The notes under the pieces were generated by a model, which was given only the letters and a program-made list of their open reading frames with translations, did no database searches and was not told where the DNA came from. Both the position numbers and the translations under genes were made by a program. A stretch of DNA of 64,000 nt from Octopus vulgaris (lineage: Eukaryota): the NCBI GenBank assembly GCA_951406725.2, contig OX597822.1, forward strand, positions 31,620,001 through 31,684,000, in the 5' to 3' direction. Numbering within the stretch: the first letter of the stretch is position 1; each line of letters starts with the position of its first letter. Below, piece by piece: positions 40,838-53,606 of the stretch.

Positions 40838-41057
40838 TACACACACATACACACACACACACACACACAGATATGCGTGAAATTGTTGATATTAAGAAAT
40901 CAGTATAAGTAAAGAGATTAAAGATAATATATTAATTAAATGATTCTAAAAGATGCGCACTCAAGGACCGATTAATTATCACGAACGATAATAAGAATAG
41001 AATACAATGATTTTTTGAAAATCTAGTAGGAAGAGACTTAACTGTTATATGAAAGAA

Positions 41058-41455
41058 AGGAGTGGCTGTGTGGTAAGTAGCTTGCTAACCAACCACTGGT
41101 TCCGGGTTCAGTCCCACTGCGTGGCATCTTGGGCAATTGTCTTCTGCTATAGCCCTGGGCCGACCAATGCCTTGTGAGTGGATTTGGTAGACGGAAACTG
41201 AAAGAAGCCTGTCGTATATATGTATATGTACATGTGTGTGTGTTTGTGTGTCTGTGTTTATCCCCCTAGCATTGCTTGACAACCGATGCTGGTGTGTTTA
41301 TGTCCCCGTCACTTAGCGGTTCGGCAAAAGAGACCGATAGAATAAGTACTGGGCTTACAAAGAATAAGTCCCGGGGTCGATTTGCTCGACTAAAGGCGGT
41401 GCTCCAGCATGGCCGCAGTCAAATGACTGAAACAAGTAAAAGAGTAAGAGTAAAG
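41058..41455 (+). mobile_element. SINE family B, near full length
   Basis: High identity to 26489-26910. Confidence 0.9.
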
Positions 41456-41503
41456 AGAGATATGAATATATGAAATTTTGGCGGAAGATGAACATATGAA
41501 CAT

Positions 41504-41600
41504 AGGCGCAGGCGCGGCTGTGTAGTAGGAAGCTATACACTCGGGCCGATCAAAGCCTTGTAAGTGGATATGGTAGACGGAAAATGAAAGAAGCCTCCTC

Positions 41601-41660
<60 letters not shown>

Positions 41661-41870
41661 CGTTGAGTCTGTGTTAGTCCACCCCCATCTCGCTTCATAA
41701 CCGATGTTGGTGTGCTTACATCTCCGCAATTCACTAGTTCGGTTAAAAAGACCGATAAAATAAGTACCAGGCTTACAAAGTATAAGTCCAGGGGTCACTT
41801 TCTTCTACTAAGAGGCGGTGCTCCAGTATGGTCCCAGCCAAATGATTGAAACAAGTAAAAGATTAAAAGA
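41504..41870 (+). mobile_element. SINE family B, older copy lacking the B-box/core segment
   Basis: aggcgcaggcgcggctgtgtagtaggaagct joins directly to ctcgggccgatcaaagccttg. Confidence 0.85.
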
Positions 41871-42499
41871 ATATGAAGCTATGTATGCAAATATCTTGTT
41901 AGAGCTGATTTGCATTTATAAGTGTCGTTACACGACGTAATTTTAATATGCAAAGAAATATAATTAAAATAGATTGAGCATGCGAGCCGGTGGAGCGATT
42001 TGATATGACGCCCAGTTCACATTATCTCTTGGTAACTTGAAATCGCATTCGGATTAAACGGCGCGTTATGACGTAATTGACTTCGAATTTCCCCGTAGGG
42101 GGTAGCTGCAAGGTAATTTCATCTTATCGCATACGATTTCGGATCATCTCCCCTCAAAACATGTATTAATGTAACGCATTTCATACCTGCTTTATCATAT
42201 GTTGTAGTACTAACAGTAGCAATAGCAGCAGCAGTGGCAGAAGCAGCAGCAGCAGCAGTAGTAGTAGTGGTGAATAGTAGATGCAGTAGATTGAAATTGT
42301 GACTGAGGTAGTAGTACTCTTTACTGTAGTAGCCATAGTGGCAGGAGTAACAGTAGTACTAGTATTTGTAGTAGTATCAGCAGCAGCAGTCACAGTTGTG
42401 GCAGTAGAAGTAATAGTAGACATGACAAGGATGGTGGTGGTAGTAGTAGTAGTAGTAGAGATTATGAGATCACTAGCGATAGTTAACTTGAAATGACTT

Positions 42500-43000
42500 G
42501 TGAATCTCTGCCACCCAGGTACTCACCACTCACGCACCTCTACTCACATAATGTATCGACACTCCATGTCAATCTATAAGCAGGGGAACCCAAGAAACCC
42601 CACAGATCCCGAGCCACACTAGGAGTAGCAAGACAAAGATCCTATCTCCCCATTAGTTCTTAGCCTACAGGGGCCAAATTAGAACCCACAAAATTCGGAG
42701 CATTCTCGCTGCATTCACCCACCTTTCTAAAGACAAGATAATTTGAGGAAGAAGCACATCCTTCTTAATGTTCACCTTGTTTTCAAATGAAATCTTTAAA
42801 AATCACTGAAACCTTCGGTGAGGAAAATATCAATCTTCAACTCTTTCGCCTACAGAGGGAAAGTAGTAGATCGATCTTCACGATGGAGGTGGCCGATTGC
42901 AGGGTCCATCCTACATATCATAACAGCTGTTCGACATAACTCCAAAAGTCTTCAATACTAGAGACCTGTACAAGCGCGTGGAGGACAGCATCTATAAACT
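42500..43000 (-). mobile_element. Decayed 3' end of a second Tx1/L1-like element
   Basis: Minus-strand DAVLHALVQVSSIEDFWSYVEQLL*YVG...SATSIVKI parallels TVLYALVQCSNISDLWACVERLLSRVG..SAESIVNI at about 39525-39640. Confidence 0.65.
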
Positions 43001-43049
43001 TTACATGCCCCTAGAGTTTATAGATTTAAACATAATATAGATTCCAAAA

Positions 43050-43400
43050 TTAGGCACAAGGCTAAAAATTATATCGATCTCAGTTTTCAACTCTCAGGTA
43101 TTTTATAGATCCCTAAAAGATTGAAAGGCAAAGTTGACTTCGGTGAAATTTGAATTCTGAACTTAAAGACGGACGCAATGAGCCTAAGCATTTTACTCGG
43201 CGTGCTAACAATTCCACCAACTCGCCGCCTTAAAATTGGTCTCAGATTTGACACAACGACATCAAGTCCGTAGGAGGGAGTTAAGACGATTACATCGACC
43301 CCAGAGCTCAACTGATACTTATTTTAGCGACCCCGAAAGAATGAAAGGCAAAGTCGATCCCGGAGGAATTTGAACTCAGAAGGTAGACAGACGAAATGCC
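43050..43400 (-). mobile_element. Two adjacent SINE A copies (43050-43232 and 5'-truncated 43235-43400)
   Basis: tgaaaggcaaagtYga...gaatttgaa motifs (reverse complement of the SINE A body). Confidence 0.8.
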
Positions 43401-43407
43401 CTCAATC

Positions 43408-43420
43408 AAAAAAAAAAAAA
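43408..43420 (-). terminator. Pol III terminator (T-run) of tRNA-Lys copy 1
   Basis: A13 on + strand = T13 on minus strand, 14 nt downstream of the tRNA 3' end. Confidence 0.75.
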
Positions 43421-43434
43421 GGAAAACAAGCGTT

Positions 43435-43507
43435 CGCCCAACGTGGGGCTCGAACCCACGACCCCGAGATTAAGAGTCTCGTGCTCTCCCGACTGAGCTA
43501 GCCGGGC
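43435..43507 (-). tRNA. tRNA-Lys(CTT), copy 1
   Basis: GCCCGGCTAGCTCAGTCGGGAGAGCACGAGACTCTTAATCTCGGGGTCGTGGGTTCGAGCCCCACGTTGGGCG; full cloverleaf, 73 nt, G at position 20. Confidence 0.95.
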
Positions 43508-43531
43508 TTCTATAGTTTTACATATAATAAA

Positions 43532-43706
43532 TATTTCTTTATTGCCCATAGAGAGGACAAACAAGGACAGACAAAGGGATTAAGTTGATTTCATCGACTC
43601 CAGTGCTCAACTGGTACTCATTTTAGCGACCCCGAAAGGAAGAAAGGCAAAGTCGATCCCGGTGGAATTTGAACTCAGAAGGTAAAAACAGACGAAATGC
43701 CGCTAA
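43532..43706 (-). mobile_element. 5'-truncated SINE A between the two tRNA genes
   Basis: tatttctttattgccc...gaaaggcaaagtcgatcccgg...gacgaaatgccgctaa. Confidence 0.85.
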
Positions 43707-43728
43707 TCAAAGAAAAAAAAATAGCATC

Positions 43729-43801
43729 CGCCCAACGTGGGGCTCGAACCCATGACCCCGAGATTAAGAGTCTCGTGCTCTACCGACTGAGCTAGCCGGG
43801 C
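43729..43801 (-). tRNA. tRNA-Lys(CTT), copy 2
   Basis: GCCCGGCTAGCTCAGTCGGTAGAGCACGAGACTCTTAATCTCGGGGTCATGGGTTCGAGCCCCACGTTGGGCG; A49-C65 mismatch in T stem; T9 terminator at 43713-43721. Confidence 0.92.
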
Positions 43802-44114
43802 TTCTGTAATTGTACATATAATATTGACAAGTATGAATGATATGAATGTCGTCTTCCCTTTTCCCGACTAAACAGAGTAAACAAATCAATAAAACGTCAA
43901 ACGTAATATTAACAACACTTGTCAATGCTAACCATTCGACTCCGTGCCCTGGATCTCTAACTGTGGATACTTTGATCACAGCACTTCCACCCTATTAAAA
44001 CAACACAGCGGAGAAATAAATTAAAGGTTAAACACAATATTATCAACAAGTGTGAGTATGATAAACCAGTATGAAAAATAAATTAAGTAATTGGTAATTA
44101 AAATATTATCAGCA

Positions 44115-44414
44115 AATGTCAATGCAGTGGAATCCACCCTTTGGTCAAGCCCCATCCTGTGAAGTGGATAGGACACTGATCGTGCCACGGATTAAACCTA
44201 TAAGCTAAATGTATAAACACAAAATCAAACACGTTGTTCAGAACAAATAAAAGAAAACGAACTAATATGCTAACAAGGCCTAAAGGGGCGTTGCAACAGC
44301 TATCAGGCTTAAGTGAATTAGTCGGGTTTCAGATGCTTTGAGCGACAGAACACTTTAGGATTCCATGGAGTATTCCGTGCAGTATGCCCACTGTCTGGTA
44401 GCAGAAATTTATTA
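44115..44414. repeat. Unclassified interspersed repeat of about 300 bp, copy 1
   Basis: Direct repeat of 47058-47344. Confidence 0.85.
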
Positions 44415-45266
44415 AAGAACACCAGTTGAAGAACGTTTTATAATAGGTTATTGTCTTAAGGGCCATATTTACAGCAAAACGTCTTCAAAATTAAAGAAAA
44501 ATAATCTTTTTTAATATTCTTTTTTAATGGACAATATTTCTTCAAATAAAGTATCAAGTATTACTACTGTATCAAATTTCCGGAAGGATTCGTTTTCTCT
44601 TTATTTATACAAAAAAATCGTTTTTTCGTAGTTTAAAAAGTTAAAAATAGGTCACCGACCATTATCGATTTTTTAAATTGGGCCAAGATCGTTGAAAGTC
44701 AGAAACTAGTGTTTTACAAAGTAGGTCGACATGCTAGATAATTAGCAGTGAAGACTATTTCTAATTCCAGCCAACTATTTAAAAGAATTAAACACAGTGC
44801 AGGTGAGGCCAGTCTAAAAATGTTTGATCATAGGTCTACTGGACAATGGTAGCATTAGCATTAGGTTATCCAGCGGAGAGTTTATTAAGCATCGAGATGG
44901 TGAATCATAAGCCGTGTATGTTCAGTATATGAAAATTTGTAAGTCCTGTGGCTGTGGTAGAGTATTTAGCTCATGATAGTAAGGGCATAGGTTCGGTACT
45001 TGAGCAAGGCAATCCGTTTCACGTTCAAGTTTACTTAGGTGGGAGTGATCCCGACTGAGTCCTGATGAGAACCTTCTCATTCCAGCAGTCACATCTTTGA
45101 TGAACTACAACCGCATCAGCTCAAGCATACAGAAATCATACGCACCATCACACGTGCGCGCGATAAAAAGCATACAGAACATGTAGACACGCAAACAAAA
45201 ACAAATGAATATCGGTTAACACACACACACGCATACACAAACATAGTCATCCAATTAATACAAATT

Positions 45267-45507
45267 CAGCAAACCCTCGATTATCGCGGGTGTTACGTTT
45301 CAAACACCCCGGCCTGCGATAGTTGAAAATCTGCGAAGTAGGAACCGTACTGTATATATATATATATATATATATATAATTATAATTATTTGAAAAATTT
45401 GTATATATTTATTTTATCATAAATGCAAAATAACACCTCGGAGGAATCGATGTAAGCTTACGTAATAAACTGCGATAGGTGAACCGCGATATAGCGAGGC
45501 ATTACTG
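45267..45507. mobile_element. Tigger/pogo-type MITE
   Basis: Ends cagcaaaccctcgattatcgcgg and ccgcgatatagcgaggcattactg|TA form imperfect TIRs. Confidence 0.75.
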
Positions 45508-45532
45508 TATATCCGCATACATCATATGAATA

Positions 45533-45746
45533 TATAGCCCCTACACGCAATTTTTTTCTCTCCTTGTTTCTTTTCTGTGTATCTTTCTGTCGAAGAGCGT
45601 AGGCTCGAAACGTAAAAGACTTGTTTTATTTCTATTCCTGAGCGCCATACCAATACATTGTTTGTTTGTACTCCACCTGCCTTCGTCTATTGTTTACTTT
45701 CGTAAACCTGCTTTCGCCTTTTGTTTATTTTCGTAAACCTTCCCGT
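45533..45746 (+). mobile_element. Family H1 hammerhead-bearing element, copy 3 (best preserved)
   Basis: Aligns to the copies at 6575 and 20540; ends in (TA)n. Confidence 0.75.
45582..45619 (+). ncRNA. Minimal type-I hammerhead-like motif (variant core CUGUCGA)
   Basis: tcttt-CTGTCGA-a-gagc gtag gctc-GAAA-cg-TA-aaaga: 5-bp stem I, 4-bp stem II, palindromic ACGT stem III, GUA site. Confidence 0.6.
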
Positions 45747-45749
45747 TAT

Positions 45750-45796
<47 letters not shown>

Positions 45797-46209
45797 CTGG
45801 CGCACGAACGCACACTCGCGTATATATGTACATAACGTACAAACAAACAACTTAAAAGGACTCATACAATAATACAAAGTAAAAACAGACTTTAAAATGT
45901 AACATACGCGTCCAAATAAAAACACAGACGTACTCATGAATAGACGAATACAGACGGACGTATGATAATTCATATAGACACACTAACAAAACAGCGTGTA
46001 TGCATATAACCAAGCTAGCTCAACTACACAACAAAGCAGTGTTAAATTACTAACGAGTGAAAAATTTTATCTCAAAATAATAATGGAAATGTGATAGGGC
46101 AGTTTGTTCAGGCATCGAGTCGTATATAGAGCAAGAACGAAGTCAAACCAAATAATGATATTCTGAAAGAATTTAATATGTACGTTTTAGATCATTACGT
46201 AAGAAGCAA

Positions 46210-46313
46210 TAGGAAATTCTTCCCTTACGCAAGGCCGTTCTCAGTTAATACATTTGAAAATACTTTGAAATGTATTAACTGATAAAGAACTTGAGTAATG
46301 GAAAATTTTCCTA
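46210..46313. repeat. Imperfect inverted repeat (hairpin) of about 100 bp
   Basis: Perfect 15-bp core tcagttaatacattt/aaatgtattaactga plus outer arms taggaaattcttcccttacgcaag/cttgagtaatggaaaattttccta. Confidence 0.8.
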
Positions 46314-46387
46314 CGGTCTGTTCTGAAATTACCTGAAAGTTATGTCACGTATCAAATGCTTTAAATATCATAATCGTTTTTAACTCC

Positions 46388-46389
<2 letters not shown>

Positions 46390-46439
<50 letters not shown>

Positions 46440-46465
46440 CACACGCACACACACACACACACACT

Positions 46466-46509
<44 letters not shown>

Positions 46510-46587
46510 CACACACACAAACGCACACACACACGCATACACACACACAAACGCACACACACACGCATACACACAGAAACACACACA
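46390..46587. repeat. (CA)n microsatellite
   Basis: Direct reading. Confidence 0.95.
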
Positions 46588-47057
46588 TATATACATAGAA
46601 TCATTCGAAAATTGAGTCAGGAGTTTTATATTATATCAGCTTGATAAGAACTTAATTATTTTTAGTTTGCGGCAGCGTATTACCGAAAAACGCTGAAATG
46701 ACAGAGTCGTGAAGCTGTCCAATGAAATACTTCTAGATATCTATTCCGATTCACTGGACTCACTGAGTTCAATTTACGCCTGAAATATGCCACAGGGATT
46801 TCCATATTTTCGGGGTTAGAAAATAGATCCAGGCTGTGTGATGGATTGATGGAACAGTAATCAATAACAGTAATTTATTTCTCGGTCGGGACTATACATT
46901 AATAAACAACGTGTCTTTCCAAAAGATAACTGTGTACTGAAATTCCTTATTTCATCGATACCCGCATTGCTAAAACAGTAGATAATTAACCTTTGCAAGC
47001 ATAAGTTTCCGGGCTTGATCCCACATATTGAAATTATGGAAAAAGTGCTGTTCCCAT

Positions 47058-47344
47058 AATGTCAATGCAGAGGAATCCACCCTTTGCTCCAGCTCCATCC
47101 TGTAAAGTGGATAGGACACAGATCGTGCCACAGATTAAACCTATAAGCTAAAAGTATAAATACAAAATCAAATACGAGGTTCAGAACAAAACACACGAAC
47201 TAATGTGCTAACAAGCCCCAAAGGGGCGGTACAATAACTATCAGGCTTAAATGAATTAGTCGGGTTTGAGGTGCTTTGGTCGACAGAACACTTCATGGAG
47301 TATTTCATCCAGCATGCCCAACGTCTAGTAGCAGAAATATATTA
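47058..47344. repeat. Unclassified interspersed repeat of about 300 bp, copy 2, inside an old SINE B remnant
   Basis: Direct repeat of 44115-44414; flanks ccgggcttgatcccac..aagtg and agacggaaag..agaagcccatcg resemble the two halves of a SINE B. Confidence 0.8.
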
Positions 47345-48766
47345 GATCATCGAGAGCATCATGATTGAATTTAGACAGACGGAAAGTATGGAGAAGCCCA
47401 TCGGATGCACTATGACTATAATTCAATTGTCCAGATGCGATGTAAAGTGTGTCACGTTGGTTTTTATCTGAGAATTAATTCAGTCCTTTTTGTGACGTAA
47501 TTCAATGTGCAGGTTATCCGTTTGGTCGCTGTAATCAACCTAACGCTCATAAACCGGTCATTGCCTTATTCAAGGCGGCAATGTGGGATTTCAGAAATAT
47601 TTTGTTGCTATTAGTAGCACGGAGGGACTCTCTGGTTAAATAATTTTGTTGTTTGGTTTTAATGTTGTTGTTGCTATTGTTGTTAATGTGGCTTTTGGTG
47701 AAATGGCTGTTATTAGCAAACGTGATACTTTTGGTACATTTAATGCTATCAGTGGTTTAAACATTGTTAGCAATGGCGGTTATGTGTGTGGTTCTTTTAT
47801 GCTTCTGTTTGTAGTGGTGTTAGCTATTGTTGGTATTTATAATTGTGGTTTACATTGCTGTCTGAGATGGCTTAGTAGTTTGTGCCTGTAATGGTAAGGG
47901 TGGTTTAAATACTATTTGTATTCGTAATCTTCTTTTCTTTTCTTGTTTGTTTATGGTGTTTATCATTTCTTTCTATGTTTATTTTTGTCTGTCCAAGCAA
48001 TCAACTGAATATAAAGAGTTTGAAAATAAACAATAAAAGTCACTAACATAACACATTATACCACAGAGGGAAATTAGAAAAGCAGGTGAAACATGAATTT
48101 AGGAGAAGAATAAAGAAAAAACTAATTACTAAACAACGAAAGAGAGAGAGAGAGAGAGAGGGGGAGGTAGAAGGAATGTGGGAAGAGAGGTGAGAGAGGA
48201 AGAGATTTTTTTTTTTTTCAGTTTATGAAAGAGATGGTACAATAAAAGAAAATGGAATGAAAGTCAGTCAGATCGAGAAGCAGAAATAATGAAAGAATGA
48301 GAAAAAAGTAGGAACAGAAGTATGAACAAATGAAACAGAAGAGAAACTATTAGAAATAAATAAATTAATTAAACTGTGAAAAAAGGAAAATTGCAAAAGA
48401 CAAACAATAAAAAGTACTAAAAAGTAGAAACGATGGAATTTGGGGAAGACGTGTACGTACGTACACACGTTTATGTAAGTGGATATATACATTTGTGTCC
48501 GTATGTATATGTATTCATATATATATATATATATGTGTGTGTGTGTATGTGAGTATATGTGTGTATGTATAACCATTGTTTAACGTTCCCCTTCCATGCT
48601 GGTATACACACACACATACATATATATACACAGACGTATGTATAGATACACACATATATACATATACGTACATATATACATATACATTAAGGGCATGAGA
48701 GAGACAGACAGTTGGAGAGAGTGAGAAAGAGAAATTGATAGAGCGAAGGAGGGTTACAGATAGACG

Positions 48767-48799
<33 letters not shown>

Positions 48800-49774
48800 G
48801 TGTGTTTGTGTTTGTTTTAGTTTGAGTGAGCGTATGTGTGTGTGTGTGCGTGTGCGTGTGTGTGTGAAAGATATATCTGAGAGTTGTCAGTTGTATCGAT
48901 TTCAACAACGAGAGCGCAGAAAGGTGAATTCTAAAATATTAATTTATTAAATTTTGTTACACGCTGAGAGACGGTAAACGAACGTCTTGCCCGAATCGCG
49001 ACATTCTCAAAAGGAGTGGAGTCGATAATCTGAAGAAACAATAGATGTCCAGGACTGCTACGAAGAAAAATATTTTATCGCGTCTCGAGATAAGTGAAGG
49101 TTGTAGATACGTGTTTCTGCGTCATTGGTGATCATCAGTGCAGCAGTTGCGCTAATTTGAATCATGCACACTATTGCTTAAATGATAAGCATACACAATA
49201 TACAAATGGATTAGGAGAAATTTATGGGCTGCAATAATTCGATCTAGGAACGCAGCGGGTATTCCTCTAAATCTTTTACTGCATAAAATTCTCTTTTTAT
49301 TGATATTTAAATATAAATGCCACGTGAGTGCTCATTAACTTGATACAAAAGCGTAATCTGATTAAATTTAACATTTGTTGGAATATGTAAATATTTAATC
49401 ACTATGCTGAGCACTTCGTAACGTTTATTCAATTATAATCATTTTTGAGAGATGTGAATATACATAGATAACACTTATATGCGGTCATTCAGTTTGTTAT
49501 CCAATCTTTTACGAAAATGGCATGACACTGTTATACTATAATAACATTTATGTTATTATCATAACACCACATTTCTTCCTCTACTTGCAGTTGCTTATAT
49601 TTTGCATACGAAAGTTTTAGATTGGAATATATGGAGTCTCACACAGCGAAGAACATGGATATTTTCCATTAGCATGTGTCCAAAGTAAATTAAATTTTAC
49701 TCTACTCACATAGAGATTATCTCACACAACAATGGGCGGGACTTTCGGTAAATTATACGCACACACACGCGCAC

Positions 49775-49815
<41 letters not shown>

Positions 49816-50120
49816 CGAGGGTGAGTCAAAAGTTAATGCCATTTTGTTTAGGATATATATAATTACAAACACAGGAACATGTATGATACATCAAAATGAA
49901 GCTAGTCCTCTGTGGACCACATCCTTACTTCTCAACATAGTCACCGGTTCTCTCAATAGCAATGTTCCACCTCCGAATGAGAGCATGTATCCCTGACCCG
50001 TATAATTATGTTGAGTGTTCTTTGCGCCACGTCGCCACTACAGTTTTCAATTTCTCATCACTGGAATAATGTTTGCTTCTCAAACTCTCTTTCATGGAGC
50101 CGAGGAGATGATAGTCCAGC
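49816..50120 (-). mobile_element. Mariner remnant (second family): transposase C-terminus and 3' TIR
   Basis: TA|CGAGGGTGAGTCAAAA end; minus-strand DYHLLGSMKESLRSKHYSSDE...GIHALIRRWNIAIERTGDYVEK*. Confidence 0.85.
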
Positions 50121-50974
50121 TAGAATGCTCTCCTTAAAGTGAGATGAAACTCATGATCTTTCATTATAAATAATGCATTGGCGCTTACACCACTCACTTT
50201 CCCTAATAATCCACTATAGTCCCCATGAGCTGCACTACCTGCACACCCAACAAACTAAGTATTATTATTGAGATCGTGTGTGTTGTCCACAGAAAGAAGA
50301 ACGTTGCATTTCCAAGGTTGAAGAACAATTTACACACAGCAAATCAGATATTCTCAAAAGGGTTTATAAGAGCCTTAAGGCAAACAAATCCAGATACTTG
50401 AATTCTTTGTGTTGTTTCGTTTCCTGCTTCTATCATCAGACACCTGATTTCAGTCATATTGTTAAATAAGCACTAGCGACATGGGCTTCGACACTAATTT
50501 AATAAATAGATAATTGTTAATTCGGCCGGTGTGAATAGCTGAACATCCTAAACTAGATCACGCTACCTTGCAAAGGAGTAAACAAATGAGATTTCTTTCT
50601 GGGTTCACCTTGTTCCAGTTACAACCAAGAATCAGGGAAACGTACTTCTTGAGTGAACCAACATTTTAAAGCTCTTCCAACTGGTTTCTACTCTAAAGAG
50701 TGATATATCACCTAAGACGACCTTGTGGTCATCCGTTTCTAATTATAACACGCTACCTCAATTATCCAAAACGATGTCTGTTTTTCAGTAAACAATAAGA
50801 AAGCAGCACTTTCGTCGATTACAGCATACACTTCACTATTTATCATGGACTATGCACGTGATTGTCTAGCTAAAATTAACTGATTAACGACTGCAGATGT
50901 CATTGACTACAAGAAACTAAAAACCTATACACGCACATATAAACACATACACAAAAGCACTCAAACACATACAT

Positions 50975-50985
50975 ATACACATATG

Positions 50986-51038
<53 letters not shown>

Positions 51039-51047
51039 TTATATATG

Positions 51048-51106
<59 letters not shown>

Positions 51107-51511
51107 TATACATATGTGTATCTATATAAACACACACATGTATATGTTCACAGACACACATATATTTGTGTATATATGTGCCTGTGTAGTGCTTGGTGTT
51201 AGCAAAAGTTATGGGTTGTTTATTTTTTATGTTAAAAAGAATGGCAAAGCATTACACATAACTGGATTATTTTTAACAACCCATTAAACATACCAAAATG
51301 AAATGTTTATATAAAGGGTCTGTTTTTACAATTTAAAAAAAAAATTTTAGTTAAAACTTTAAAACATAGGGTTACTCATTTTGCAAACACCAACGAATAT
51401 TTCCATCTATGTAACTGTCTATTTATCTGTCTGTCTGTCTGATTCTGTGTCTGACTATCTGTCTGTCAGTTTGATAGACTGTCTATCTATCTGAATCTAT
51501 AAATTTATGTT

Positions 51512-51564
<53 letters not shown>

Positions 51565-51711
51565 ATATATATATACATACATAGACACACATCCTTATAC
51601 ATAGAGACAGATACATATACGTACATACACACACATACATATAGACACATCACATACTCAAGTATTATAAGTATAGATAAAGAGCTATGTCTCTCTATCT
51701 GTCTCTTTGTA

Positions 51712-51769
<58 letters not shown>

Positions 51770-51896
51770 CATACATACATACATACATACATACATACAT
51801 AGAGACAGACAGACACAGACTAGCACGTGCAAACACACATACAGTCATGTAAGCTTAGAAGAATACATATTTGTGTGGAAACAAGTATATATGTTG

Positions 51897-51927
<31 letters not shown>

Positions 51928-52347
51928 CACTCATACTCACACAAGCACACACACACACACACACATACTTCCTCCCATCTCTTCTTCCCTTTCTCTCACA
52001 CACACTTGCAACACACACACATACACATATACTGACAAACAAACAAATATAAAAAACAAGTATGAAACACTTCAATGCTCAAACATGGCGATGTATTTAT
52101 ATTGATGGAAGAAACGTTAGAAAGCAAACATGGCGGCAAAATTTTGCTTACTGTAGTTTTATTTACATTTTAATCATAATGGTGATTGTGTGTATATGTG
52201 TTGATGTAAGCATACATGCTTGCACGCTTATATATGTGTGTGTGTGTTTCTATGTGTGCATATGCTTGTATGTTTGTATGTTGTATTTACAAATATATTT
52301 ATATATATACATATACATAGATACATTGTCATATATATATATATATA

Positions 52348-52387
<40 letters not shown>

Positions 52388-52402
52388 CATAGATACATTG
52401 TC

Positions 52403-52436
<34 letters not shown>

Positions 52437-52492
52437 GCATATATATATATGCATATATGTGTGTGTATGTATGTGTATATATATATATGTGG

Positions 52493-52523
<31 letters not shown>

Positions 52524-52660
52524 TATGTTTGTATGTCGTATTTACATATATATTTATATATATGCATTTATGTGTGTGTATGTGTATATATATATATGTG
52601 TGTGTTTGTATGTTTGTATGTTGTATTTACATATATACACATACATTGATACACTGTCAC

Positions 52661-52712
<52 letters not shown>

Positions 52713-52720
52713 GTATGTAT
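50975..52720. repeat. Dense (TA)n/(TG)n/(TACA)n microsatellite field with higher-order units
   Basis: Direct reading; ttgtatgtttgtatg..gtatttac and gatacaYtgtca units recur in 52266-52660. Confidence 0.9.
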
Positions 52721-53154
52721 ACAGTAGATAAGTATAAATGTAAATACATACATACGTATCTACATAGACAGAAGAGCACACATTCACACACTCGCACAGA
52801 CGTATGTAAATGAAGCGGTGATAAACGAAATGAAAATTAATCTCAATGTGGTAAAAGTCAAACATTTTCAAATTGTTGTTTGTTGACTGATATAAAAACC
52901 ATCGTATTTGCTCAAGGCATCTTTGTCGCCAGCCACCCCATCACGTTCTTGCTGTCGTTGACAAATCTTTTCGTGTTTTCTTTAGAAGTTACAGCAAAAT
53001 TGATGTGATTTTTTCAATTTCTAAACTGTTAAATTTCAACCAATTCTGCCCGCATAGCCACTAAACGAATTTGTTCTTCATATCTTATTAATATACTTCC
53101 TGTGTGTGTCTGACGATAACTATTTCTGTTACCGCAACCAGAACTTTCAATGTA

Positions 53155-53606
53155 TTGGGTTGTCTGGATTGTTCGTGCCGATTTTTAAAAGAAAGAAAAT
53201 GGTCAATATATACTTGCCATTACATTTTGAATCAACCAAATGTGAAGCATTTTGTTGCACAATGCGTCTTCATCTTTCCTTTAACTTGAAAATACCCTTT
53301 TCCCAGAATTGAGGTGGTTTCATGGCAACGAATTCATCAAGGTATCTTTTTACGTCATTCAAGGAATTGAAACTTTTACCATTAAGACTATTCTGCAGAG
53401 ACCTGAATAAGTGGAAAAATCCAAAGGAGCAATATCTGGTGAATATAGAGGGTGGGGTAACACATCCCAGCCGAGCTGTAGCAATTTTTGTCTGGTTCCC
53501 AATTCATGAAGTGCAGAAAATGAACTTTCTTATCTTCCAACTTAAAGGGTTACAGAATTAACACAGATTATAGGAACATAAACCTTCTTCTACGAAAATA
53601 TAGCTT
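53155..53606 (-). mobile_element. Non-autonomous mariner, same family and same deletion as 18968-19498; one TIR lost
   Basis: TA|ttgggttgtctgga..gttcgtgccgattt; LGWDVLPHPLYSPDIAPL; same junction after tctggttcccaa. Confidence 0.9.

Noticed and set aside
44115-44200. Faint resemblance of the minus strand to U1 snRNA stem-loop II and Sm region
   Set aside because: No AUACUUACCUG 5' end and no intact AUUGCAC loop or Sm site; likely chance
45060-45090. CTGATGAG hammerhead-like half core
   Set aside because: No downstream GAAA or compatible stems
49104-49140. Minus-strand CTGATGA...GAAACACGTA motif
   Set aside because: Stems I and II do not pair convincingly; at best a decayed relic
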